The notes beneath the pieces are model-generated. The model ran no database searches. It was not told the origin of the DNA and saw nothing but the letters and a program-made list of their open reading frames with translations. Of a stretch of DNA of 64,000 nt, positions 49,327 to 57,843 are shown piece after piece. This DNA is from Macrostomum lignano. Lineage: Eukaryota. The DNA is taken from the NCBI GenBank assembly GCA_002269645.1, contig NIVC01000175.1, forward strand, positions 186,001-250,000, read 5' to 3'. The position numbers were made by a program, and so were the translations under genes. Every line of letters begins with the position of its first letter. The first letter of the stretch is position 1.

Positions 49327-50132
49327 ACTACGTAATGCGCAGATAGAGCAGGGTTTTGGAGGTGAGGTGGGTGTCAGAGCCAATGCAAATTCAACGCCTA
49401 TCTAAATACATTAGACCGATTCTAATTGGTCCAGAGTCATTATGTGAGACATTTATACTCTCATGTAAAATCTATACATGTAATCAGTGTATCGTACAGC
49501 AGCGACGAGTACAATATAGTACGCATAATTAGCGCTTCACCGTTGTTGTACGTAGAAACGCGCGCGCCCCCATCCCCACACAATGCAGCATTGGTGTACG
49601 CAGAATTAACTGTCTATATTAACTGTCCATATACCAAAAATTGGCAGAATTAGAGCGCTCACCCACCCCATAACGTCTATATTATTACTTGTCCATATTT
49701 ACTGTCCATCCCAAAATTGGTGTACGCGCAGAATTGTAGCGCCAGCCCACCCCATAACTGTCCATATTATTACTTGTCCATATTTACTGTCCATATATAC
49801 ACCCAAAATTGGTGTACGCGCAGAATTGTAGCGCCCGCCCACCCCATAGCTGTTTATATACCAAACTTCGTGTACGCACAGAATTGTAGCGCCCACCCAT
49901 CCAAGAAAATATTCTTTGACCCCCACAATTAATTGGCGGCCCCGCGCGGAGGCATGATGAGTCAGCCGCTGTAAATCGCCGCTATCCACACTGTTATATC
50001 CACTCCTTCCATACTTCACTCTCTAGAATTCAGCCCTCGTCGACACTCCGAGACAATTACGTCATCCACCAACCCCCTCTCCCAAATAAGTTTTCAAAAG
50101 GCGTATATATTTACACAAAAAGCCGGCCGAGC
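49327..50132 (+). repeat. Left terminal inverted repeat (806 bp)
   Basis: Reverse complement of 58963-59769 with scattered substitutions; starts ACTACGTAATG; contains ~90-bp imperfect sub-repeats. Confidence 0.97.
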
Positions 50133-50262
50133 CACAATGCTAACTTTATAGTCAGACACGTCATCAAGGTCTGAAAACACAAACTTCTATGCATGAAATA
50201 TTCTCGTTTAACAAGATGCCAAACCAATTTTGTTCAGACAGCAAACTATAAATAAGAAAATT

Positions 50263-50596
50263 CGGATTCTCGGCCGTTTATCTAAATTCACCTAGTTCAA
50301 TTAACACCCCAATCATGTGGAAAACACAGTGTTTGACAAGCAATTTTTGGTTGCCAAAGCACAAGAGGATCAGACCGCCAAAGTATGAACTGGCAACAAC
50401 TTGGAGCAAGGATTTCAGCACACCTCCATCGCCAGCACCGAAAATAGGTACAAAAGGCTCATTTTTTCTGGAATCCTCGATAACGACAACACCGTAAAAA
50501 GCTCGTTAACATGTAATTAAAACAAAAACTTATTGAGACTATCGGGTATATAAGCACCAACCCGGGGCACCAAGCACCCGTACCTGCAAATTTTTC
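50263..50596 (+). pseudogene. Internally deleted duplicate of the ORF1 cassette
   Basis: 50341-50596 matches 51031-51290; leader motifs CGGATTCTCGGC and CAGTGxTTGACAAG match 50598-50672; about 358 bp of ORF1 are missing. Residual ORF 50315-50497 matches the ORF1 C-terminus. Confidence 0.8.
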
Positions 50597-50674
50597 TCGG
50601 ATTCTCGGCAGTTTTTCAAGCTCAAATAACATCCCCACCACTAGTGCGAACAACGCAGCAGTGCTTGACAAGAA

Positions 50675-51211
50675 ATGAGCTGGATTTCCAGAGACTACCC
50701 CCTATTATCGAACGAGGAAAAAGACGAATATGAGGCCTTGAAAAAATCTGCTGACTGGTTGTGCATTTGCCACAGCAAACCGATTTCCGAGCGATTAGTC
50801 ACCTTCAATGCCAAGGTCGAGGAAATTGATCAAGGCCCCTACGACAGCCAAGACTACGCAGCAGCCAGGATAAATGAGCAACTACGGGACAAAATGAGAT
50901 TCAAAGCTGATTTAGCACGAATGGAAAGATTACTGGCTCCGATACTAAGTGAAGAGCATCGCCAAAAAATACGTTTTCGGAACCATCAAGATCTGTATAA
51001 TCCGTCGTGGGAGGAGCAACAAAAGATTTGGAATTTTTGGCTGCCAAAGCACAAGAGGAACAGGCTGCCAAAGCTTGAACTACCAGCAACTTGGAGCAAG
51101 GATTTCAGCACACCTCCAACGCCAGCACCCGAAAATAGGAACAAAAGGTTCATTTTTTCCGGAATCCTCGATAACGACAACTCTGTAAAAAGCTCGTTAT
51201 CGTGTAATTAA
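50675..51211 (+). CDS. Element ORF1, hypothetical protein (178 aa)
   Basis: ATG-initiated ORF downstream of TATATAAG (50547-50554); no recognisable motif. Confidence 0.65.
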   Translation: MSWISRDYPLLSNEEKDEYEALKKSADWLCICHSKPISERLVTFNAKVEEIDQGPYDSQDYAAARINEQLRDKMRFKADLARMERLLAPILSEEHRQKIRFRNHQDLYNPSWEEQQKIWNFWLPKHKRNRLPKLELPATWSKDFSTPPTPAPENRNKRFIFSGILDNDNSVKSSLSCN

Positions 51212-51306
51212 AACAAAAACTTATTGAGACTCTCGGGTATATAAGCACCAGCCCGGAGCATCTGCAAGCGCCCGTACCTGCAAATTTTTCTAAACAGACA
51301 AGAGAC

Positions 51307-52017
51307 ATGGAGACAGTGCAAGACTTCAACTGCGTCAAGCGAGAGCTGCTGGCACTCAAACCGCGAGGTCCGAGCTTCAACGGGGTTGAAACGTTTGACA
51401 TTGAATATGACGAACAGGGACCTCTCTACTTGGCCAATGCGGTCCCTGTTTTGATCGTCAAAGGTGTGCGTACTGACAACGAAGGTCGCGAATTCATCAT
51501 CATTGCACAAAAACACATTGAAAGCTGCATACCCTACACTTTCAACACTGTGGCGGAGCACCTTTCCAGCGAAAGTCTAGCTCTGCTGGGCTACAACCCA
51601 GCGTTTGGAGGTGACAGTGCAGCGTTTGGGCTGGCTCACGACTTTAAAATGTACGACCAAAACGGACTGCCTGTAGAGGATTACAAAAACAAGAGCGGCT
51701 ACTACAGGATTCTGTTTACTCTCGACACGGCCGTGATTCGAGACGCTGTTTTGACCGCAATGCCAAAAATTCAACAGCTACAGTTTGTCGAAGAAGCCAA
51801 ACAGGCATTCGATCGTTGCTTTTGGACGCCACCTCCAAAAATCAAGGTAGGCGTCAAGAAAGTAAGCAAGAAAGCAAAGAAACCACCAAAGCTTGTCAAG
51901 GAGAAGCAGCCAAAGGTGCCTAAAAGTCAGGCCAGAAAGCGACAGCATCAATCGAAACTAGTAGCAGCCAACGAATCAAAGAAGCGGTCGAAAGCCCCAA
52001 GAAGGATACGAAAGTAA
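51307..52017 (+). CDS. Element ORF2 (236 aa), possible OB-fold ssDNA-binding protein with a basic C-terminal tail
   Basis: ATG ORF downstream of TATATAAG (51238-51245). FKMYDQNG..SGYYRILFTL..PKIQQLQFVE resembles viral SSB beta-strand patterns (by eye only); Lys/Arg-rich NLS-like tail. Confidence 0.55.
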   Translation: METVQDFNCVKRELLALKPRGPSFNGVETFDIEYDEQGPLYLANAVPVLIVKGVRTDNEGREFIIIAQKHIESCIPYTFNTVAEHLSSESLALLGYNPAFGGDSAAFGLAHDFKMYDQNGLPVEDYKNKSGYYRILFTLDTAVIRDAVLTAMPKIQQLQFVEEAKQAFDRCFWTPPPKIKVGVKKVSKKAKKPPKLVKEKQPKVPKSQARKRQHQSKLVAANESKKRSKAPRRIRK

Positions 52018-52036
52018 AAACTGCCGAAAAATCTAC

Positions 52037-52516
52037 TTGCAGAACGTCGAGTGTGTGAACCGAGTGTTTTGCGCGAAATGGAGCCGCATGCCTGACTTGG
52101 ACTGGGCGAGCGCACGGACATTTCGCAGACCAAGAGCTCTTATCAATTTGCGAATAGGAAAATGTACAATCAACTTTTTTCAGCGTTCTTTGTCTGCAAT
52201 TGTATTCGGTTGTCGCTCAGTCAACCAAGTTTTGCGTCTTTTTCCTCAATGTAAACCAATTTCTGTTGTTGTTACCACTAGTACTTACCGCGCTGAAGTA
52301 GACAGATGGCCAAACTTTTTCCAAATTGCATACTCCGGATCCCGCTGGGTGAAGTGGGAGTGTGAAGTTTTCAATGGAATAGTAATAAAGTCTCCATTTC
52401 GCAATGCTAAATGTTTATTATGCGGAAAGAATGGCCGCCTTGTTTTCCTTGGAATACGAAACTTTAAAGAGCTCTGTCAAATGTACGATCATGTGACTAG
52501 CGTTTTGCATGCCTAA
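52037..52516 (+). CDS. Element ORF3, divergent TATA-box-binding-protein-like; start uncertain (frame open from 51965, first ATG 52088)
   Basis: LQNVECVN ~ TBP LQNIVSTVN; RRPRALINLRIGKCTINFF...IVFGCRS ~ RFAAVIMRIREPRTTALIF...CTGAKS; WECEVFNGIVIK...CLLCGKNGRLVFLGIRNFKELCQMYDHVTSVL ~ YEPELFPGLIYR...[31 protein letters not shown]. Confidence 0.7.
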   Translation: MQNVECVNRVFCAKWSRMPDLDWASARTFRRPRALINLRIGKCTINFFQRSLSAIVFGCRSVNQVLRLFPQCKPISVVVTTSTYRAEVDRWPNFFQIAYSGSRWVKWECEVFNGIVIKSPFRNAKCLLCGKNGRLVFLGIRNFKELCQMYDHVTSVLHA

Positions 52517-52622
52517 TCCATGTAGCTGTTGCGTAACTTTACTGCTTTACCACTGTACCGAATTTGTATGTACGTACAAGCTGCTATGAAATTGTCTATA
52601 AATATATTGTGCATAAATTGCA

Positions 52623-53012
52623 GTGCACTGCAACCAACATCTTTTTGCTAAACAAAATGAAAACGGAATCTCCAGACTATGTTCTTGTCGCGGCGAGCTC
52701 GCAGAGCTCGCCAAAGCCCGTCCCACTCTTCGGCGGGCCATTATTCGAGGTGCAGGCAAGGAACTGATTCATTGTCTCTGTGAATTGAGTCACAACGTGC
52801 TCCGGGGAAATATCGATCTTTCTCCGAAACAGTATCTACGATTAAAGCGATACAGAAGATCGTTGCGTGAATTGGCAGACACAAAATTGTCTATAAATAG
52901 GAAGAAGAATATGCTTCTCTCGAATCCTCAAGTCGGTGGCTTTCTACCCATCCTTGCATCTGTTGCTGCACCGCTAATATCAAGCCTGTTTGGCGGACTA
53001 CTTGGTCGCTAA
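52623..53012 (+). CDS. Small basic Polinton/adintovirus core-like protein with an adenovirus pX-like GGFLP hydrophobic tail; 5' end uncertain
   Basis: LAKARPTLRRAIIR..LIHCLCELSHNVLRGNIDLSPKQ..RLKRYRRSLRELA..QVGGFLPILASVAAPLI is a pattern I recognise from Maverick small ORFs. No in-frame ATG; the nearest ATG (52657) is out of frame. Confidence 0.7.
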   Translation: MHCNQHLFAKQNENGISRLCSCRGELAELAKARPTLRRAIIRGAGKELIHCLCELSHNVLRGNIDLSPKQYLRLKRYRRSLRELADTKLSINRKKNMLLSNPQVGGFLPILASVAAPLISSLFGGLLGR

Positions 53013-53013
53013 A

Positions 53014-53664
53014 ATGAATAAATACGTTGTTGTACCAGAAGAAGAATTTAATAGACTAAGTCAAGGCGCACCCCGAGAAATTGCATCCAAAACAGAATAT
53101 GAAAAACTCATTGAATACAACACTCAACTCCAAAATAAACTAAGTCAGATCAAGCAAAAGAAGAGTAATCGTTTTCCTGAACGACAACAACGTGTTTGGG
53201 ACATGCTGACAGAAAGATACCCAAATTTGGAGTACAACAAGTCGTGGGAAATTGTATTTGATGGAAAAACCTGGCCAGGAAGCAATATTTTCGATCTATT
53301 GAAGGAGATTACATCGAATGAAAGGCGCGACCGCCCAAGCCCAAAATATAGTACCGCTTTTTGGGCCCTGGCCGAAGAGGCAGATATTGCAAAAGCTCTA
53401 CTAGGACGACGCCAACAAGAAGAAGTCAGTGTGAAAAAAGAAGTCGGCACGGATCCGGATCGAGACGATTTTTTAGTCGAGCAAGCAATTGGAACTAATG
53501 ATTTCTACAACGACTTCCACAAAGACCAAGCCAGTGGCCTGAATGAAATTAAAAAATATGAAGATCGTGGCAGCAATGCCTACAGGCATGCTTCATACCA
53601 ACTTCGCGAACCAAAGAGGCGGCAGAAACCAGCAGTAAAATACGAGACGTTAAAAAAACTATAA
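53014..53664 (+). CDS. Conserved Polinton/adintovirus accessory protein (216 aa from ATG 53014)
   Basis: YNKSWEIVFDGKTWPGSNIFDLLKEIT...STAFWALAEEADIAKALLG resembles the 'GE(l/i)v.dG..i.gSnI.DL' Maverick ORF pattern (recognised from memory). Confidence 0.65.
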   Translation: MNKYVVVPEEEFNRLSQGAPREIASKTEYEKLIEYNTQLQNKLSQIKQKKSNRFPERQQRVWDMLTERYPNLEYNKSWEIVFDGKTWPGSNIFDLLKEITSNERRDRPSPKYSTAFWALAEEADIAKALLGRRQQEEVSVKKEVGTDPDRDDFLVEQAIGTNDFYNDFHKDQASGLNEIKKYEDRGSNAYRHASYQLREPKRRQKPAVKYETLKKL

Positions 53665-53704
53665 ATAGAAATCATTTTCATGATTTATAATCTGTTTTTG
53701 GATC

Positions 53705-53971
53705 ATGGGTGCCGCAGCTGTAACTTCAAAGCTTTGCTCAGACAAACCGTCTGTGGAGTTCAAGTGTAATTACTCATGCTGTGCATCGAATCTAGTTGCG
53801 AATGAGGGTGAAAACCGCTCTTCGGAGAGTGTACGAACAGGGGGACGCCGCTTTTACAAATGCTGCCCGTGTATATCAGGAGGCCAAACGGCTGGTCCCC
53901 TCCCTGACGAGACGCCAAACAGACGAATGGCTGAAGACCCAATCGAGCTACACCCGGCACAAGAGGGTTAA
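53705..53971 (+). CDS. Small putative myristoylated/Cys-rich protein overlapping the integrase 5' end
   Basis: ATG 46 bp after CTATAAATA (53659); MGAAAVTS N-terminus and CNYSCC cluster. Confidence 0.4.
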   Translation: MGAAAVTSKLCSDKPSVEFKCNYSCCASNLVANEGENRSSESVRTGGRRFYKCCPCISGGQTAGPLPDETPNRRMAEDPIELHPAQEG

Positions 53972-54869
53972 AAGAAAATTCCGAACCGGAAAAGTAATGT
54001 CGGGAGGCTTCATGGAAACTGTGCAAGCGGATTTGATGGACATGTCGCGATACGAACAATGGAATGATGGTCATCGATATATTCTAGTTGCAATTGACGT
54101 GCTTAGTAAATTGGCTTTTTGTCAGTCAATAAAATTGAAAAGCGACACTCCAAAGGCTTTTGAAAGCATGATCAAAGACTTCCCCATTAAGCCTTTATAT
54201 CTACACGTTGATCGAGGTACCGAGTTTTATAACAATCGCATGCAGAACTTACTGAAAGCCCATAATATCAAAATGTACAGTACAAACTCTGTATACAAGG
54301 CAAATATGGCTGAAAGGCTGATTAGGACTCTCCGAAAACGTTTAGCTCGCTACTTTGAGCATAAAAACACGTGGCGTTGGATCGACTATTTGCCAATATT
54401 GGTTAAAAGTTACAACAACACAGTACACTCTACTATTGATATGAAACCTTCGAGTGTCGGTCTGCACAATCAAAAAGAATTGTGGGAAAAGCTCTACAAG
54501 GATCCTGAATATGATGAACCAGTTTACCAAAAAGGGGACTTTGTCAGAATTTCAAAATCTCGTCGAGCCTTTGACAAGGAAGCATACGATATGTACAGCG
54601 AAGAAGTTTACGTTGTGTCTCAAGTATGCCCGGGACCGCCTCATTTTTATCGCATTTCCGACCTATCTGGAGAACAAATCGAGGGTCGATTCTACTATAA
54701 TGAACTTTCAAAGACGGTTCGACCGGACCGCTTTGTTATAGACAAAATTCTGCGTCGCAATGTCATCATCAATGGTGTCGCTCATCATTTCGTTAGTTGG
54801 CGCGGCTATCCCGAGTCGTTCAATGCATTTGTACCAGTTGAGGAAGTTATAAATATAAGACAAGGATGA
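53802..54869 (+). CDS. Retroviral-type (rve, DDE) integrase with a C-terminal chromodomain
   Basis: Catalytic D (TVQADLMDM), D (LHVDRGTEF) and E (NMAERLIRTLR); YNNTVHSTIDMKP; chromodomain FVIDKILR...HFVSWRGYPESFNAFVP. ORF intact. Confidence 0.95.
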   Translation: MRVKTALRRVYEQGDAAFTNAARVYQEAKRLVPSLTRRQTDEWLKTQSSYTRHKRVKRKFRTGKVMSGGFMETVQADLMDMSRYEQWNDGHRYILVAIDVLSKLAFCQSIKLKSDTPKAFESMIKDFPIKPLYLHVDRGTEFYNNRMQNLLKAHNIKMYSTNSVYKANMAERLIRTLRKRLARYFEHKNTWRWIDYLPILVKSYNNTVHSTIDMKPSSVGLHNQKELWEKLYKDPEYDEPVYQKGDFVRISKSRRAFDKEAYDMYSEEVYVVSQVCPGPPHFYRISDLSGEQIEGRFYYNELSKTVRPDRFVIDKILRRNVIINGVAHHFVSWRGYPESFNAFVPVEEVINIRQG

Positions 54870-54903
54870 ACACACATACACTCGAAACGTGTAGTATATT
54901 ACA

Positions 54904-56055
54904 ATGCATCTATTCCTACCTAGCAATGCGTGCGTTGAGCACTATCCTGAGAATAATTCGGCACATTATAGCATTAATTTGCCCGACACCCTCCACTTTC
55001 CGAATCATGAAGTCTGCATCGAACGGATCTACTTTTGTAAAGAATTCAAAACCGTCCCCGATAATCGAATGGTTGATGTCCTGACCAACGCTCCGAGGAT
55101 GAAGTGATTGACATTGAGGTGAGAGAAAAACCCGCCTCCACGTATAAACAGTTTGCGTCGGTTTCTCTCGCCGCGGGGCTATCAACAGCCAACGAAGTGG
55201 TTGATGCAATCATCGCCGATCTAAAATATGAGCAAGACGATAATGCGATGATTTGCATTGAGCGTTCACAGGAAGGCCAAATTTCAATTGTGAACAAATC
55301 ATGGTATGGTGCGAACATTAGGCTGTCCAGTAATGTGCGTAGCATGTTTAAAAAGGTTGATGACGCTGGAAATAAATCAAATATCGAAGTAACGACTTTT
55401 TTATTAAACCCAAGAAATTCGTTAGTATTCGCTATAGAATTGGAGTCCTCCTCCTCCATAGAGAGTCCGATGACTCTAACGTTTGAAAAGAGTGTCTGGC
55501 CTTCTAGAACGTCACTGCGGATTGCTAAAGGATTCTACCGCACGCCTGATGAGCTCTTAAATTATGTTAATGGAGCGCTTTGGGGTCGTTTCAAAGCTCC
55601 CAATAAGTCCAGCGACGAGAGTGGATGCATTCCGCTACAACCCTTTTCTGAACCGGTGTGAGTACAAACCCATTGAAAACATTTTATTCGACATTGGAGA
55701 GCTTGCTGCCATTCTCGGCTTTCGCGAAGATGTTTTCAATGAAACTCCAAAGACCGCTAAACGACCAATCGATTTAACAAATGGTGTACAAACTATGTAC
55801 ATCTATTCAAATATTGTCGACTCTGCCATTGTTGGAGACGTCAAAGTCCCCCTGCTTGGGGCAATTCCTTTGAATGAAAAGGTATACGGCGAACGAGAGT
55901 ACTACGAGTTTGTCAATCCATCCTACTTACCGTTGGTGAAACACCCATTCAAAACCATTGAGGTGCAAATCTGTGACGATATGGGCAAGTTAATGGATCG
56001 GATTCTTCGAGGCAAAACTGTTTTATCGATCAACATTCGTGAAATTAAGCTATAA
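54904..56055 (+). pseudogene. Minor capsid protein (penton-like), ~383 aa, broken by two compensating frameshifts (~55075-55104 and ~55600-55630)
   Basis: N-terminus LFLPSNACVEHYPENNSAHYSINLP; middle IAKGFYRTPDELLNYVN in a different frame; C-terminus MYIYSNIVDSAIVGDVKVPLL..F.NPSYLPL...KTIEVQICDDMG back in the first frame. Confidence 0.85.
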
Positions 56056-56099
56056 ATAAAGAAGTTTTCACGAATAAAAGGTAGCAACTGATCGACAAT

Positions 56100-56468
56100 A
56101 TGCCTTCAATCTTGATCGGAGGAGCTTTACCGGTATTTTCCGGTGCACAGCGCGGCAACGGCCTGTTTGGCAGCATTGCCCGATTTGCCCTGCCAATTTT
56201 AAAGAGTTTTGGCAAAAATATTCTTCGCCACGGAACACGAGCCCTAGCTACAACAGTTAGCGACACACTCGATCAAGGCGGGAACTTGAAAGAAGCGGCA
56301 TTGCGTAACTCTGTCCAGGCAGCTAAAGATGCTTTCAAGGACACAGTCGCACAACGAGGTAGCGGCAGACAAAGACGAAGAAAGATGACTAACAAAAAAA
56401 CGAGAAAAAGACTGCAGCATTCTGATATTTTCGACTCTATAAATAAAAAAACCCGTGCCAATAACTGA
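56100..56468 (+). CDS. Amphipathic, putatively membrane-lytic virion protein (adenovirus VI / cupiennin-like), 122 aa
   Basis: QRGNGLFGSIARFALPILKSFGKNILRHG amphipathic helix; QRGSG followed by a basic tail ending HSDIFD; sits between penton and hexon. Confidence 0.75.
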   Translation: MPSILIGGALPVFSGAQRGNGLFGSIARFALPILKSFGKNILRHGTRALATTVSDTLDQGGNLKEAALRNSVQAAKDAFKDTVAQRGSGRQRRRKMTNKKTRKRLQHSDIFDSINKKTRANN

Positions 56469-56511
56469 TCTGTCTATTAGAGCACCACACTAAGCCGCTG
56501 TTGAATGAAAA

Positions 56512-57793
56512 ATGACTGAGTGCCTGTGTACAAAGTCGGAATTCGAGCTTTTTGCTCCTCGCGCACACCAAATTGCTGCAATTAGCGCCACCACTGAAGA
56601 AGTTCACCCTGTTGCCAGTGTTGAAAATGCCAGCGTGGTCGAATTTAGGATTGTTGGTGGTGAGACGTTTATCGATCTTAACGACATTGACCTCGAGATT
56701 AAGGCCCGCGTTAAGCAGTCTAATGGTACAAATCTTGCTGCTGATTCGAATGTTGCGCCGGTCAATTACGTCCTTGAAAGCATGTTTAAAAACGTCACGT
56801 TGACAATCAACGGGACACACGTAGAGTCGAGCAATAACAACCACGCTTACAAGGCCTATATTCTCACGTGTTTGAATTACGGACACGATTCAAAAACTAA
56901 TCAACTGAGAATGATGGGCTACGCAAAGGACGCTGGAGGTCAAATGGCTGTGGTTGGAAATCCTGGCTTTGTAGCCCGCAAGGCGATGGCGGCAAACTCA
57001 CGCACCTTTCACCTTTATGGACCTCTTAGTTTAGACTTTTTTGTTACCAACGACCGAATGCTACTGCCATACACTGATATGGTAATTACGCTGACCATGC
57101 ACAATTCCGGCTTCGTTCTGGAAAACCACGCGGACGGGGTTGATGCGCGGCTAGTACTCGAGAGTGCCAAACTACATGTGCGCCGCGTCAAGGCAAACCC
57201 CCAATTGGCATTGGAGATTGAAGAACAACTAGGCAAACAGAATGCAATCTATCCGATTGAGCGACTTGTTGTGCACAATACTTCAGTGGCTGGCGGTGTT
57301 CGGGACATGTCAATCAATAATATATTTCCTGAACAAAAGCCTAAACTAGTGGTTGTTGGCATGGAACAGCGGCGCATACAACGGTGTGGCTACACATAAC
57401 CCGTTTAATTTTGAGCCATTTGGTGCCGACAGTGTCGCTCTGTATAAGGACGGAGTCAGTCTGTGTGGACAACCGTTTACTCCTCGATTCGGTGTTCATA
57501 ACTATGCTCGCGAGTATGCCATGCTACTAAAAAGCCTAGGAAAGATGAATCGGGACCTGGATATTGACGTATCATATTCCGACTATGGAGCTGGCTACTG
57601 CTTCTTCGCCTGGAATCTCATGCCCGACATGGAGCTGGGCGGGCATAGCATGCCTCGCGAGCGAGGGAATCTGACGCTACAAATAAAGTTTTCTGCTGCC
57701 TTGGCCGCAGGAATCAACGTGTTGGTGTTTGGCTACTTTGACAATACTGTGCAAATCACTCGCGGTCGTCAGGTTATTCTAGACTACGTGTAG
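56512..57793 (+). pseudogene. Major capsid protein (double jelly-roll, hexon/PY-like), ~427 aa, one frameshift at ~57364
   Basis: N-terminus CLCTKSEFELF...EEVHPVASV...VEFRI..FIDL. The frame break ATG G AAC AGC is restored by +2 nt to VVVGM(V)NSGAYNG..NPFNF. C-terminus GNLTLQIKFSAAL...VLVFGYFDNTVQITRGRQVILDY. Confidence 0.9.
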
Positions 57794-57843
57794 AAACAAA
57801 CATCTCTTTTTTATTCTCGAATAACGACCATATTCATGCCGAT

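Noticed and set aside
49426-50019. ORFs inside the TIRs (49426-49653, 49699-50019, 49717-49932 and mirrors at 59106-59809)
   Set aside because: They are short, lack recognisable motifs, overlap sub-repeats, and appear twice only because of the inverted repeat.
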